Shown: positions 20,354 to 30,952 of the stretch, piece after piece
How the letters are laid out: each line of letters opens with the position of its first letter
Position numbering within the stretch: position 1 is the stretch's first letter
Origin: an uncultured Acidobacteriota bacterium
GTDB lineage: Bacteria > Acidobacteriota > UBA6911
Reading direction: 5' to 3'
NCBI GenBank assembly: GCA_963827655.1
Contig: CAWHCF010000044.1
Location: forward strand, 200,693-264,692
DNA: 64,000 bases
Translations under genes and position numbers: made by a program
Notes under the pieces: model-generated
Seen by the model: only the letters and a program-made list of their open reading frames with translations
What the model was told of the DNA's origin: nothing
Databases searched by the model: none

Positions 20354-20402
20354 CGAAGAGAAGATCCAGGGCGAAAACGCTGCGTCATCGAGGAAAAAAC
20401 CG

Positions 20403-20936
20403 GTGATATCCCACACTCTCGCAATCCTTCTTTGGATGGTGGCCCTTTCGGGCCCAGCGGACGGGACCCGGATCTGGCTCGACGTTCCATTCGTTGCGCA
20501 AACAGGAAACGGCTGCGGCGCTGCTTGCGTGTCGATGGTGATGCGTTACTGGGCCCATCAACCAACCACCTCAGCGCCCGCCGGCGCCGATCCCGGCACG
20601 GTCATGTCCAACCTGTATTCCACCACGGGCGGCGGCATTCTCGCCTCGCAGATGAAGGAGTACTTCGAGAATCAAGGTTTCCGCACCTATGTCTTTGCCG
20701 CTGAGTGGAGTGACTTGAATCACCATCTGGCCAGAGGCCGTCCGGTTATTGTTTGCCTCAAAGAAGACACCCTCCACTACGTGGTCGTGGTCGGCATCGA
20801 CCCGCACAACGATACAGTGATTGTTAACGACCCAGCCAGACGAAAACTTACCCAGATCGATCGGCCGAGCTTTGAGAAGAGCTGGAATACCTGCAAAAAC
20901 TGGACGCTTTTGGCCCTTCCGCCCTCGCGGGAGTAA
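20403..20936 (+). CDS. Exported C39-like cysteine peptidase
   Basis: LDVPFVAQ...CGAAC..MV..YW, LHYVVVVG, NDP (Cys-His-Asp); signal peptide from GTG 20403. Confidence 0.85.
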   Translation: MISHTLAILLWMVALSGPADGTRIWLDVPFVAQTGNGCGAACVSMVMRYWAHQPTTSAPAGADPGTVMSNLYSTTGGGILASQMKEYFENQGFRTYVFAAEWSDLNHHLARGRPVIVCLKEDTLHYVVVVGIDPHNDTVIVNDPARRKLTQIDRPSFEKSWNTCKNWTLLALPPSRE

Positions 20937-22624
20937 CGGCGCTCGATTACTCCTCGGGTTTTTCACCGTTTCCTTCCATGCCTGGGACGGCCGGTCCCAG
21001 GACGCACGTCCCGGCACCGCCAATCCCTCTGAAAAAATAAGAATTCTCTTTGTCGAGAAAAAATGGGACGCCCTCCTTCAACTGGCGCCCGAAGGGGAGC
21101 ATTATCCCCCCGACCTTGACTACTATCGAGGGATGGCGCTGGCTTCCCTGGAGCAATGGCAGGAAGCTGAACGATCCTTTCGGAAAGGCCAGATCAAGGC
21201 GCCCCACGATAAGAGGTTTCCCCTCGAATTGGCCGGTATCGCTTTCAGGCAGGGAAACCGTTCGGAGGCGCGAACACTTGTGCAGGCAAGCCCTGCGCCT
21301 GGACCCAGACGATTCTTATGCAAACGACTTCCTGGCCACGCTCTACTTCCTGTCGGGCAATGTGGAAGCCGCCCTCAAATACTGGAACCGGATTGGAAAA
21401 CCTAACATCGAAGAAATCCGCAGCGATCCGCATCCGCGCGTCAACCCGGTACTCCTCGATCGAGCCTTCGCGGCGGCGCCTGCAAGCCTCTTGCAATTGG
21501 ATGATTTCCTTCGAACCAGGGACCGAATCGGCTCCCTCGAGATCTTCTCGCCCTATCGCCTCGAACTCGATCCCCGCCGGGATGGGAAGTTTGATCTGGT
21601 TTTTCGGCCTCATGAGAGAAATGGCTGGGGCTCAACCAGTACCGAAAGAATGCTCCACCTCGCGCGAGGAATACCGTATCAGACCCTGCATCTCGAGGTC
21701 TTCAATCTGAAGAGGTCTGCGGTTAATTCTATTTCTCTGATTCGCTGGGACGCGGAAAAGCGGCGGGCTTTTACTTCCCTGTCGGGACCTCTCGAAGGAG
21801 ATCCAAAGTGGCGCTTTCGAATCCACCTCGATGGCAGAAGAGAGAATTGGGATTTATCCCAAAACATTCGGGAAGTGACTTTGCCGGCCACGGAATTCAA
21901 TCTCCAGAAGCTGGAAGCCGGCGCCGAGCTTGGCTCCAGGACTAACGGGCGATGGGAATGGAGCAGCGCGGCTGAAGTATCCCACCGGCAGTTCATGAAT
22001 CCTCCGGAGCAATCTACGCTGTTCACCGAGGGATTGGCATTGAAGTACCGGTTTCAGGTAAATGGCCGGATACTCGCGACTCCCGAGCGCCGGTTGACAA
22101 TCGCACCCTTTGCCACCGCGGAGATGGCAAAAATCTTTGCCGCGTCCGGCAACACCTATTCCAAAATACAAGGCGGTCTCGGCTGGCGCTGGCACGCGCG
22201 TGCTCAGGGTGACGACTATCTCATGACCGGTCAATTTCGCGCCGGTAAGACTGCGGGCGAGCCCCCCTTCGATGAACTCTTCAACCTGGGTCTGGATCGT
22301 GACCAGGAGTTCTGGTTCCGTGGCCACCCAGGAACACACAACGGCAAGAAAGGGAGCGGACCGCTCGGGCGCGACTACCTGCTCGTGAATTTCGAGTTCG
22401 ACAAAGAGATTTACAACAATGGAATATGGAGACTCAGTTCAGGTCCCTTTCTCGACGCCGGGAAGGTCTATGATCGGCGCACAAGTTTTGGGTTCGAGAA
22501 ATGGCTCTGCGATGCAGGGATTCAAGCGAAGATTCGTATACTGGGCGCTCTGACTGTCGTCTTCCTCTATGGAAAAGATCTTCGTTCCGGTGGAAATACC
22601 TTCTATTTCGATACCGCTCGATGA
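20821..22624 (+). CDS. TPR + POTRA/Omp85-like outer-membrane beta-barrel protein (frameshift near 21278; start uncertain, near 20900)
   Basis: N-terminal TPRs, amphipathic beta strands, GPFLDAGKV, terminal TFYF. Confidence 0.65.
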
Positions 22625-22638
22625 TTCATGAGAAAATT

Positions 22639-22718
22639 CTTGGTGTTTCTGGGTGTCTTCGAGTCTTCGTGGTATTTGTTTGACGGCTCTAACCACAAAG
22701 ATACGAAGAAACACTGAG
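22639..22718. repeat. Inverted pair of REP-like repeats
   Basis: CTTGGTGTTTCTGGGTGTCTTCGAGTCTTCGTGGT ... AACCACAAAGATACGAAGAAACACTGAG. Confidence 0.7.
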
Positions 22719-22776
22719 AGCACTTCTTTCGCCAGTTCCAGCTCAGCTGTTACACTCCAGCTGTCGCCGAGGAAAC

Positions 22777-23952
22777 ATGCCTACGTCATGCACCGCCGTT
22801 GTTGCCGGGCACATCTGTCTGGATATTATCCCGACCCTGGCCAGTGACCGTTTCGCCTTTTCACCGGGCCAGCTTCTGGAGGTAGGTCCGGCGATTCTAA
22901 GCACCGGCGGTCCTGTCTCCAACACCGGTCTTGCTTTGCATAAGCTGGGCATCCCGACACGATTGATGGGTAAAGTAGGGGATGACTTCTTTGGCCGGAC
23001 CATTCAAAGAATCATTGAAAAGTACGGCGTCAACCTGACCGAAGGAATGATTGAAGTTCAGGGAGAAACCAGCTCTTACTCCATCATCCTGAGCTCTTCA
23101 GACGCAGACCGCATGTTACTGCATTGCCCGGGTTGTAACGATACCTTCGGGTCGGACGACATAGACTACGAATCGGTGTCAGCAGCGCGGCTCTTTCACT
23201 TCGGCTATCCGCCCGTGATGAAGCGGACCATCGAGAGCAACGGCGCCGAGTTGATCGAACTCTTCAGAAGGGCCAAAGCCACGGGAGTTACAACTTCGCT
23301 CGATATGTGTATGCCCGACCCGCAAGGCGTCTCGGGCCGAATTGACTGGCGCGCGGTCGTCTCCGCCACCCTGCCTCATGTCGACATTTATCTGCCCAGC
23401 CTGGAGGAAACGCTCTTCATGTTGTACCCGGAGAAGTTCCGCAATTTCTCCCTCACTTCCCTGACACCGGAACTGCTAAGCTCCGTTGGTCATGATCTCG
23501 TGTCGATGGGGCCGATGGTAGTTGGTCTGAAACTGGGGGCGCTAGGGTTTTACTTGCGAACCGCGGATGCGAAAGCCTGGAAATCACCAGGCCGCGCCGC
23601 CCCCGAAAACCTTCAGCCGTGGCTGGGCCGCGAGCTATGGTCTCCCTGCTTTGACAGCGCCGTCGTCGGGACGACGGGTGCCGGTGATGCCACGATTGCC
23701 GGCTTCCTCGCGGCCCTGTTGCGAGGCCACGGCCCCGAGGAAAGCGTGACCCTGGCCTGCGCTGTAGGTGGCTGCAACGTAGAGGCCGCTGATGCGCTGA
23801 GCGGATTGCGAACCTGGGACGAGACTCAAGCGCGGGTCCGGGCTGGATGGTCTCGCAAGCGGCTGCCGCTGGATTCGAGCAGTTGGGAGTTTTGCAAGAC
23901 CGCCGGCGTTTGGTACAGTCCACAGGACCGACGATTGACGATTGACGATTGA
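22777..23952 (+). CDS. PfkB/ribokinase family carbohydrate kinase
   Basis: GG..SN.G.AL.KLG, GKVGDDFFG, TTGAGD. Confidence 0.9.
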   Translation: MPTSCTAVVAGHICLDIIPTLASDRFAFSPGQLLEVGPAILSTGGPVSNTGLALHKLGIPTRLMGKVGDDFFGRTIQRIIEKYGVNLTEGMIEVQGETSSYSIILSSSDADRMLLHCPGCNDTFGSDDIDYESVSAARLFHFGYPPVMKRTIESNGAELIELFRRAKATGVTTSLDMCMPDPQGVSGRIDWRAVVSATLPHVDIYLPSLEETLFMLYPEKFRNFSLTSLTPELLSSVGHDLVSMGPMVVGLKLGALGFYLRTADAKAWKSPGRAAPENLQPWLGRELWSPCFDSAVVGTTGAGDATIAGFLAALLRGHGPEESVTLACAVGGCNVEAADALSGLRTWDETQARVRAGWSRKRLPLDSSSWEFCKTAGVWYSPQDRRLTIDD

Positions 23953-24058
23953 CGATTGTCGATTGGAAGCGTCGCGAGGGCGCGGCGTATGAGTTCATGG
24001 TAATGGTAAATAGACCTCTTCATTCAATCGACAATCGTCAATCGTAAATCGTCAATCG
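23930..24058. repeat. Inverted heptamer arrays (GACGATT)x5 ... (AATCGTC)x4-5
   Basis: Visible tandem arrays flanking a spacer of about 60 nt. Confidence 0.85.
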
Positions 24059-24073
24059 GGAGGGGGTTGAGTG

Positions 24074-24844
24074 ATGGCGCGCGCACAAGCAAGCCCACGT
24101 TTACTTTCGATCATGTCCCACCCCGACGATTCTGAAATGCTCGTCGGCGGAACTCTTTTTCATCTGAAGTCTAAAGGTTGGAAAATAGGAATTGCGACCA
24201 TGACGGCCGGGGATTGCGGATCGAGCCTGCATTCGCGCGAAGAGATCTCCCGCATCCGGCTGGCCGAGGCGGCAGCGGCGGCCGAACACCTGGATGGTTG
24301 GTATTCCTGTGTCGGCCTGAATGACGTCGAAATCTTCGCTAACGCGGAAAATCTCCGCAGGGTCGTCGAGGTGATGCGGACGTTCGACCCGGATGTGGTT
24401 ATCACCCACTCTCCGGTCGACTACATGGTAGATCACGAGGAAACTTCACGCCTGGTCCGGTCCGCCGTCTTCGCCCTCGCCATACCCCTTTACCAGACGC
24501 GGGCGCCGGTGTCCCGCTCGACCCCTGCTCTCTATTATTCGGATCCGGTGGAGGGTATTGACCCGATGGGGAACAGGATTTATCCGCAGTTCTACGTCAA
24601 TATCGAGTCTCAGATCGAGAACAAACGGCGCATCCTGAGTTGCCACGAATCGCAGCGCGATTGGTTGCGCCGTCACCACGGAATGGATGAGTATCTCGAT
24701 CGCATGCTGGCGTGGGCGGAAAAGTTCGGGCGCGAAGCGGGATTTCGCTACGCGGAAGGGTTACGCCAGCATATGGGACATGGCTACCCGCACGAGCCGC
24801 TGTTGCAGACGGAGTTAGGACCGCTGGCGTCGCACAGAGTGTAG
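24074..24844 (+). CDS. PIG-L/LmbE family deacetylase
   Basis: HPDD, TH...Y..DH, CHESQ, AEGL motifs. Confidence 0.9.
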   Translation: MARAQASPRLLSIMSHPDDSEMLVGGTLFHLKSKGWKIGIATMTAGDCGSSLHSREEISRIRLAEAAAAAEHLDGWYSCVGLNDVEIFANAENLRRVVEVMRTFDPDVVITHSPVDYMVDHEETSRLVRSAVFALAIPLYQTRAPVSRSTPALYYSDPVEGIDPMGNRIYPQFYVNIESQIENKRRILSCHESQRDWLRRHHGMDEYLDRMLAWAEKFGREAGFRYAEGLRQHMGHGYPHEPLLQTELGPLASHRV

Positions 24845-24884
24845 GAACTTCCCGTTTCTTCGCGTCCTCGCGCCGAGGTTGAGA

Positions 24885-24968
24885 AATCCGACACAGCCGG
24901 AGTGCCGGTCCTTCGGACCTCGTCTCAGGGGCCCTTTGAAAACCCCGCCCTGACGGGCCTTCGGCCCT
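24885..24968 (-). repeat. Inverted partial copy of the hairpin element at 9131-9230
   Basis: The reverse complement AGGGCCGAAGGCCCG...AGGGCGGGG...GAGGTCCGAAGGACCGGCACTCCG.CTGTGTCG matches 9131-9230. Confidence 0.7.
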
Positions 24969-25071
24969 GGGCGACCACAATAATTTATCCTTGCATCTTC
25001 CGGATTCCGGCAATATGGTCGTGCGATTCCCCCTAACTCGGACGCATCCCGTTCCTGGTAAGGAGCACGCC

Positions 25072-26599
25072 ATGAAGAAAGTACTCACGCACGTTTGGCG
25101 CTCGATCTTCATCGCCGCGGTCGTTTCCATTCTTAGTTGTTCGTCGGGTTCCCAGAAAGAGACAGACCTGAAATCCTCGGCGCCCGGTCCGACGATTGGT
25201 TCGAACTCCTCGACTGTTCCGGTGGATGTAAGCAATCCGACCAACCCATCGCAGAACGATTGGTTCAATCTTGCCTGGCAGACCTTCATCGCGATTAACT
25301 GGCCGGCCGTGGCGCCTACCCCCTCGACCAATCTGGGCCAGCCCGACACGACCAAGACCATCGGCGCGCAAGCGTCCAACGGTGCGATGATTCCCACCGT
25401 CTGGGTGACCTACCGGGGTCTCAACACCACCATGCTCGCTCAGGGAAAGGATCCGGGGCCGTGGAACAGCGGCATGCCGCAGCCTCCCGCGGGCTGCGCC
25501 GCGGCTCCTCCCAATTCCGTCGCGCCGGGCTTCCAGCCAATCGTCCTTGACATGTACTCGAAATTCTCCAAGGCGCCTCTCAATCAGGACGACATCAATG
25601 AGGCGTTTGCGGGTCCGCTCGTCGACCAGATGGGGTGGTACGTGATCTATGACATCCGCCTGGACCAGTCCGAATACACCTACATCCAGCAAAACGGCTA
25701 CTTCGACGCCGCCACGCAAATCAAGATCTATCAGGGAGGCGGCACAATTCAGCCTTTCCCGAGGACCGGCCAGGAGTCTTACTTCAAGACTCCGCTGCCC
25801 TCCTACGCCCAGTATGGCGCGCTGGAAATCAAGGCCGCATGGCGGGTGTTGAATCCGCAAAAGGACATCTTTTCGCGCTACTACACACAAACGGGCTACT
25901 TCATACAGCCGGACGGTACAACTTGCCAGGGCCCGGTGACTTTCGGGCTGGTGGGCCTTCACATTCTGCGCCTGACACCGACAACGCCCAGCACGTGGTT
26001 CTGGGCAACGTTCGAGCAGGTGGACAACACCACGGTTCCGGCAGGCATCACGAGACCTGACGGAACTCCACTGACGCCGTCGTTCGCAGCTCCTAACACT
26101 CCCAACGGCAGCTGCACGAGCAGCTACAATGTGAAGCCCTCTCCGATCAGCGGCGAATATCCCATGGGGTCCTACCAACACGCCGGTCAACGTGTGTCAG
26201 GTCGTCTATCCGTTGCCCGGCGACGTTTCGAACTCGAATAAGTTCTGGCAGGGGCAGCTTCAGGGGACGGTTTGGTCCTTCTACCAGCTCGACTACACGA
26301 TAAACCCAACAGTAAAGGGAGCGACTGGATTCACCTTCCCTCCCATCAAGGATCCCAGCAACACCGTGAACACGAATACGCTCTTCAACACCACGATGGA
26401 AACTTACTTTCAGGCTCAAGGGGCGAACTGCATGAACTGCCACGGCTCCGCGGCTCCGCAGGGGGCGCCCACGCCACTGACAGCCACCAACCAGATCTTC
26501 ACCTTTCTGCTGCGTAATGCGGACAGTTCCGACCCCAGTCTGAAGCGCCAACGAGTCCCTCGGCTGTTCGACCAGTTCGCGCAGGCAAAGAGCAGATAG
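25072..26599 (+). CDS. Lipoprotein with C-terminal c-type heme motif (frameshift near 26155)
   Basis: RBS AAGGAG, lipobox ILSC, WQTFIAINWP, EIKAAWR, WATFEQVDN, NTTMETY.Q...CMNCH. Confidence 0.7.
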
Positions 26600-26774
26600 G
26601 GTACCCGGTAGCGGCTTGACGCCGGCATGATGGCAGGCGCGAAGTGTTCCCGGACCCGGTTGCAGCCGGTCCGCCCTTTCTTGGCCGTCCCTGCCATCTT
26701 TGTGGTAAAACGGGGAACGGAAACGGGAACGTGTACGAGAAGGGAAGTTAGAGAGGGAGAAAGAGAAAAGCGAA

Positions 26775-27749
26775 ATGAAGGCGATGGTCGTGAACCAGTG
26801 GGGCGAACCCCGTGACATGAAACTGGTAGAACTCCCGGATCCCCGCCCGGCGCCGGGTCAGGTTGCCATCGACGTGCGGGCGATTGGATGCAACTTCTTC
26901 GACATCCTCATGGTCCAGGGAAAGTACCAGGTCCGCCCCGCCTTTCCCTTCTCTCCGGGGAGCGAAGTCGCGGGCGTCATCCGGGAGGTTGGATCGGGAG
27001 CGGACGGCTTCGCCCCCGGGGATCGCGTCCTGGGCATGCTCGGCTGGGGTGGTTTTGCGAGTGTGGCGGTTGCGCCCAAGTCAGTGATTGTTCGAGTGCC
27101 GGAGTCGATGTCATTCGACCACGCCGCCGCATTTCCGATCGTCTATCAGACCTCGTATTTCGGCCTGGTTTACCGGGCCCGTCTTCAGCCTGGCGAGACC
27201 CTGCTGGTTCATGCAGCCGCAGGCGGGGTCGGCCTCGCCGCCGTCCAGATCGGACGCGCGCTGGGCGCGCGCGTACTCGCGGCTGCCGGCTCTCCGCGGA
27301 AGCTCGAGATCGCCGGCGAACATGGGGCTGGCGACACCATTGACTATAGCCAGCCGGGTTGGGACAAGCGAGTCATGGAATTGACTGAAGGCCGCGGCGC
27401 AGACGTTATTTACGACCCCGTCGGCGGAGATATTTTCGATCTGTCCACCAAATGCATTGCCTTCGGAGGGCGGTTGCTGGTCGTGGGTTTCACGTCCGGA
27501 CGCATCCCTTCGATTCAGGCCAACCGGATTCTGCTGAAAAACATCTCCATCGTGGGCCTGCATTGGGGCGCTTACCGCCAGCACGAACCAGCCTTGATTG
27601 ACCGGACTTTCAAGGCTCTCTTCGATCTGTATGAGAAGGGCGGGATTCGACCTGTAATTTCTGCCAGCTACCCTCTTTCGGACGCCGCCACGGCGCTGGA
27701 GGAAATCGGATCGCGGCGCAGTTTTGGCAAAGTCGTGCTTCACCCGTGA
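26775..27749 (+). CDS. NADPH:quinone oxidoreductase (zeta-crystallin/MDR) family protein
   Basis: PFSPG.E.AG, HAAAGGVG, GKVVL. Confidence 0.9.
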   Translation: MKAMVVNQWGEPRDMKLVELPDPRPAPGQVAIDVRAIGCNFFDILMVQGKYQVRPAFPFSPGSEVAGVIREVGSGADGFAPGDRVLGMLGWGGFASVAVAPKSVIVRVPESMSFDHAAAFPIVYQTSYFGLVYRARLQPGETLLVHAAAGGVGLAAVQIGRALGARVLAAAGSPRKLEIAGEHGAGDTIDYSQPGWDKRVMELTEGRGADVIYDPVGGDIFDLSTKCIAFGGRLLVVGFTSGRIPSIQANRILLKNISIVGLHWGAYRQHEPALIDRTFKALFDLYEKGGIRPVISASYPLSDAATALEEIGSRRSFGKVVLHP

Positions 27750-27886
27750 CCACAGCCTTGCCTTTGAGCACCACGGCAGATAGCATGATCGCGTCGGTGG
27801 GACTGCGAAACTAACCACGAGACGTCACGAAGAAACACCAGGAATCGTTGCCCAGTAAAGCAAGGAAGCAATGAGCGACCCGATCG

Positions 27887-28288
27887 ATGCAGGCAACACT
27901 TGAATGGACAGCGGGTCTTCGCTTCAACGCCGCCGCAGGTGAAAATAAATTGATCCTGGACGGCGACCGGAAAGAAGGCTGCTCTCCCATGGAAACGCTG
28001 ATGCTGGCCCTGGCGGGGTGCATGGCGATCGATGTCGTCGACATCCTGGGCAAGATGCGGACATCCCTGCGCGCCGTTCGTGCTCGGATCAACGGGACTC
28101 GCGCCGATAGCCCGCCCCGGCGCTTCACGCGGCTCGAACTTCACTTCGACATCGCCGGAGCCAGCGTCGATGAGGCGCAGGCCGAGCGCGCAATTGCGCT
28201 CTCCCGCGAAAAGTACTGCTCGGTGTGGCACTCGCTTCGTCAAGACATCGAGCTGAAGGTAACTTATCACCTGGAGAAATACCCATGA
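27887..28288 (+). CDS. OsmC family protein
   Basis: SPME...LAGC...DV and EKYCSV. Confidence 0.88.
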   Translation: MQATLEWTAGLRFNAAAGENKLILDGDRKEGCSPMETLMLALAGCMAIDVVDILGKMRTSLRAVRARINGTRADSPPRRFTRLELHFDIAGASVDEAQAERAIALSREKYCSVWHSLRQDIELKVTYHLEKYP

Positions 28289-28920
28289 GCATCTTCCGCC
28301 AGCTGCCGCTTATTGCGCTCCTGTTATTCCCCCCGGCAACAAGCCCCAGCGCCTGGTCATCGCCGGATGAGAGCGAACCCGGCTTCGTCCCTCTATTCAA
28401 CGGAAAAGATCTCACCGGCTGGGAAGGCGATCGAACGCTGTGGCTGGTGGAAAACGGGATGATTGTGGGACGCTCTGCAGGCATCAAACACAACGACTTT
28501 TTCAACACCACTCGTACCTTTGGCGATTTTGAGCTGCGTCTCTCGTTTCATCTGGTCGGAGGGAAAGGTAACAGCGGCATTCAATTCCGCAGCAAGAAAA
28601 TACCAGGCCATGTCTCCGGGTATCAGGCCGACATCGGCGAGAAGTACTGGGGCTGCCTCTACGATGAAGCTCGGCGCAATAAGGTACTGGTGCAGGCCCC
28701 GGCCGAATTAGACTCGGTCCTGAAGAAGGAAGGGTGGAACGACTACGTCATCCGCGCCCAGGGAGATCACATCCAGCTCTGGGTCAACGGACTCAGAACG
28801 GTTGATTACCGCGAAACCGACCCTGCGATCGAGCGCAATGGAATCATTTCGCTGCAGCTCCATTCGGGAGGCCCACTCGAGGTCCAGTTCAAGAATCTAC
28901 GGATCAAGGAACTGAAGTAG
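28285..28920 (+). CDS. DUF1080 (3-keto-disaccharide hydrolase-like) protein
   Basis: LFNGKDLTGW, GNSGIQFRS, GYQAD, WN.Y.I, LQLH; ATGA overlap with the OsmC gene. Confidence 0.88.
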   Translation: MSIFRQLPLIALLLFPPATSPSAWSSPDESEPGFVPLFNGKDLTGWEGDRTLWLVENGMIVGRSAGIKHNDFFNTTRTFGDFELRLSFHLVGGKGNSGIQFRSKKIPGHVSGYQADIGEKYWGCLYDEARRNKVLVQAPAELDSVLKKEGWNDYVIRAQGDHIQLWVNGLRTVDYRETDPAIERNGIISLQLHSGGPLEVQFKNLRIKELK

Positions 28921-28996
28921 AATCTTCGGGGCCTTAGCGTTGGTTGCGTAAAGAAGCACTAACCCCAAAGACGCAAAGACACGAAGAAAGGGGGGG

Positions 28997-30580
28997 ATGT
29001 TGGCGGATTTCAAAAACGAGCCGGTGCTGAATTTCACCGAAGCCTCGAATCGCAACGCCCAGCGGGAGGCGCTTGAACGAATCCAGAGTCGACTCGGGCG
29101 TGAATACGACCTGATCATCGGCGCCGAGCGTCTGAAGTCGCCCCAGACCTTCACCTCGATCAACCCGGCCAGTAAGTCTGAGGTCATCGGCATCTTCCAG
29201 AGCGCCACGCCCGAGCAAGCCAACCGCGCCGTCGAGTCCGCCTATGAAACCTTTCATTCCTGGAAAAAAGTCCCTGCCGAAGAGCGCGCCAATATTCTCT
29301 TCCGCACAGCCGACTTGCTGCGGAAGAAACGATTCGAAAACAATGCCTGGATGATCCTGGAAGTGGGTAAATCCTGGGCCGAAGCCGACGCCGACACCGC
29401 CGAGGCCATCGATTTCTGCGAATTCTACGGGCGCGAGGCGCTTCGCTACGCTGGCCCTCAGCCGTTGACCCGCATACCGGGCGAAAAGAACGAGCTGAAG
29501 TATATTCCCCTTGGAGCAGGAGCCGTGATCCCGCCGTGGAATTTCCCCAGCGCCATCATGGTCGGTATGACCACAGCCGCCATTGTGACGGGAAATACGG
29601 TCGTCTTGAAACCTTCATCGGATTCACCGGCGGTCGCGGCTTTTTTTATGGAAATCCTGCAAGAGGCAGGACTCCCTCCGGGCGTGGTCAACTTTATCAC
29701 CGGCGACGGTAAGACCGCGGGAAACACGCTGGTAGAGCATTCCAAGACTCGCTTCGTGGCTTTCACCGGATCGAAGGAAGTCGGACTGCGCATCACGGAA
29801 GAAGCCTCGCGTCCACGACCGGGCCAGGTCTGGATCAAGCGCGTCATTGCCGAAATGGGAGGCAAGGATTTCATCATCGTGGACGAGGACGCCGATCTTG
29901 AATCCGCCGTGGATGGCGTGCTGGCGAGCGCCTTTGGTTTTCAAGGACAGAAGTGCTCCGCGTGTTCGCGAGCCATCGTTCATGAACGAGTCTACCCGAG
30001 CTTTCTCGAGAAACTGGTCCAGAAAGCGAGGGACATCAAGGTCGGACCGACAACCGAGCCGACCAGCTACATGGGCCCCGTCATCAACGAACGCGCGCTC
30101 AGGAACATCTTGAACTACGTCGAGATCGGCAAGCGAGAAGGCCAACTCCTGACCGGGGGACAAGCGCAGGCCGGGGACGGATTCTTCATGAACCCCACCG
30201 TCATCGGGGATGTAGATCCTAAAGCCCGGATCGCGCAGGAGGAAATCTTCGGTCCGGTGCTCGCCGTGATCCGGGCCCGAGATCTGGACCACGCCATACA
30301 GATCGCCAACGACAGCGAATATGGCTTGACGGGATCAGTCTATTGCTCGAATCGCGAGCACATCGATCGAGCCAAAGAGGAGTGTCACGTCGGCAATCTT
30401 TATGTCAACCGCAAGTGCACCGGCGCTCTCGTGGGAGTGCATCCCTTTGGAGGATTCAATATGAGCGGCACGGACTCCAAGGCCGGCGGCCGCGACTATC
30501 TCCTCCTGTTTACCCAGGCGAAGTCAATCTCGGAAGCGGTCAGTAACCCACCACTCACACAAGAACAAAAGCACCACTAA
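28997..30580 (+). CDS. pruA: 1-pyrroline-5-carboxylate (L-glutamate gamma-semialdehyde) dehydrogenase
   Basis: FKNEP N-terminus, IPPWNFP, FTGSKEVG, AEMGGKD, GQKCSACSR, HPFGGFNMSGTDSKAGG. Confidence 0.9.
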   Translation: MLADFKNEPVLNFTEASNRNAQREALERIQSRLGREYDLIIGAERLKSPQTFTSINPASKSEVIGIFQSATPEQANRAVESAYETFHSWKKVPAEERANILFRTADLLRKKRFENNAWMILEVGKSWAEADADTAEAIDFCEFYGREALRYAGPQPLTRIPGEKNELKYIPLGAGAVIPPWNFPSAIMVGMTTAAIVTGNTVVLKPSSDSPAVAAFFMEILQEAGLPPGVVNFITGDGKTAGNTLVEHSKTRFVAFTGSKEVGLRITEEASRPRPGQVWIKRVIAEMGGKDFIIVDEDADLESAVDGVLASAFGFQGQKCSACSRAIVHERVYPSFLEKLVQKARDIKVGPTTEPTSYMGPVINERALRNILNYVEIGKREGQLLTGGQAQAGDGFFMNPTVIGDVDPKARIAQEEIFGPVLAVIRARDLDHAIQIANDSEYGLTGSVYCSNREHIDRAKEECHVGNLYVNRKCTGALVGVHPFGGFNMSGTDSKAGGRDYLLLFTQAKSISEAVSNPPLTQEQKHH

Positions 30581-30699
30581 GGCACGAAGACACAAAGAAA
30601 CGCGCAGCCGCGATTAGCGGCATGGCTCGCCTTCGACGGCACCCATTACTCTCCTGCTTTTTCGCATAGTTTCTTCGTGTCTTTGTGTCCTGGCGGTTG
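30572..30699. repeat. Inverted pair of REP-like repeats
   Basis: CACCACTAAGGCACGAAGACACAAAG ... CTTCGTGTCTTTGTGTCCTGGCGGTT. Confidence 0.7.
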
Positions 30700-30952
30700 G
30701 GCTTTCGCTATCCGCACTGAGCAGGCGAGAAAAAACATGAAACGCTTGGCCTGTTAACCGCACAAACCTCCAGAACGATAACCAGGTGCGGTCAGATTCC
30801 CAGGCCTGATCGTATCTCACCTCTTTATTGGTGACGGTGAAACTCGGCGGTCTGTAGGAGCGTGGGATGAAACACTTCACGCTGACGGGTCCTGGTCATT
30901 TCTTTTATCCGCAACAGTCTGTTCTACAACTAACGTCAAGAGGAGGGTCTCA

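Noticed and set aside
25033-26190. 385-aa ORF antisense to the cytochrome lipoprotein
   Set aside because: Shadow ORF with Arg/Gly-rich, non-protein-like composition
26709-26772. Purine-rich GGAAC-like tract before the quinone oxidoreductase
   Set aside because: Short, low-complexity and single-copy in this window
30720-30950. Riboswitch upstream of the PAP2-like gene
   Set aside because: No recognisable aptamer consensus or convincing stems
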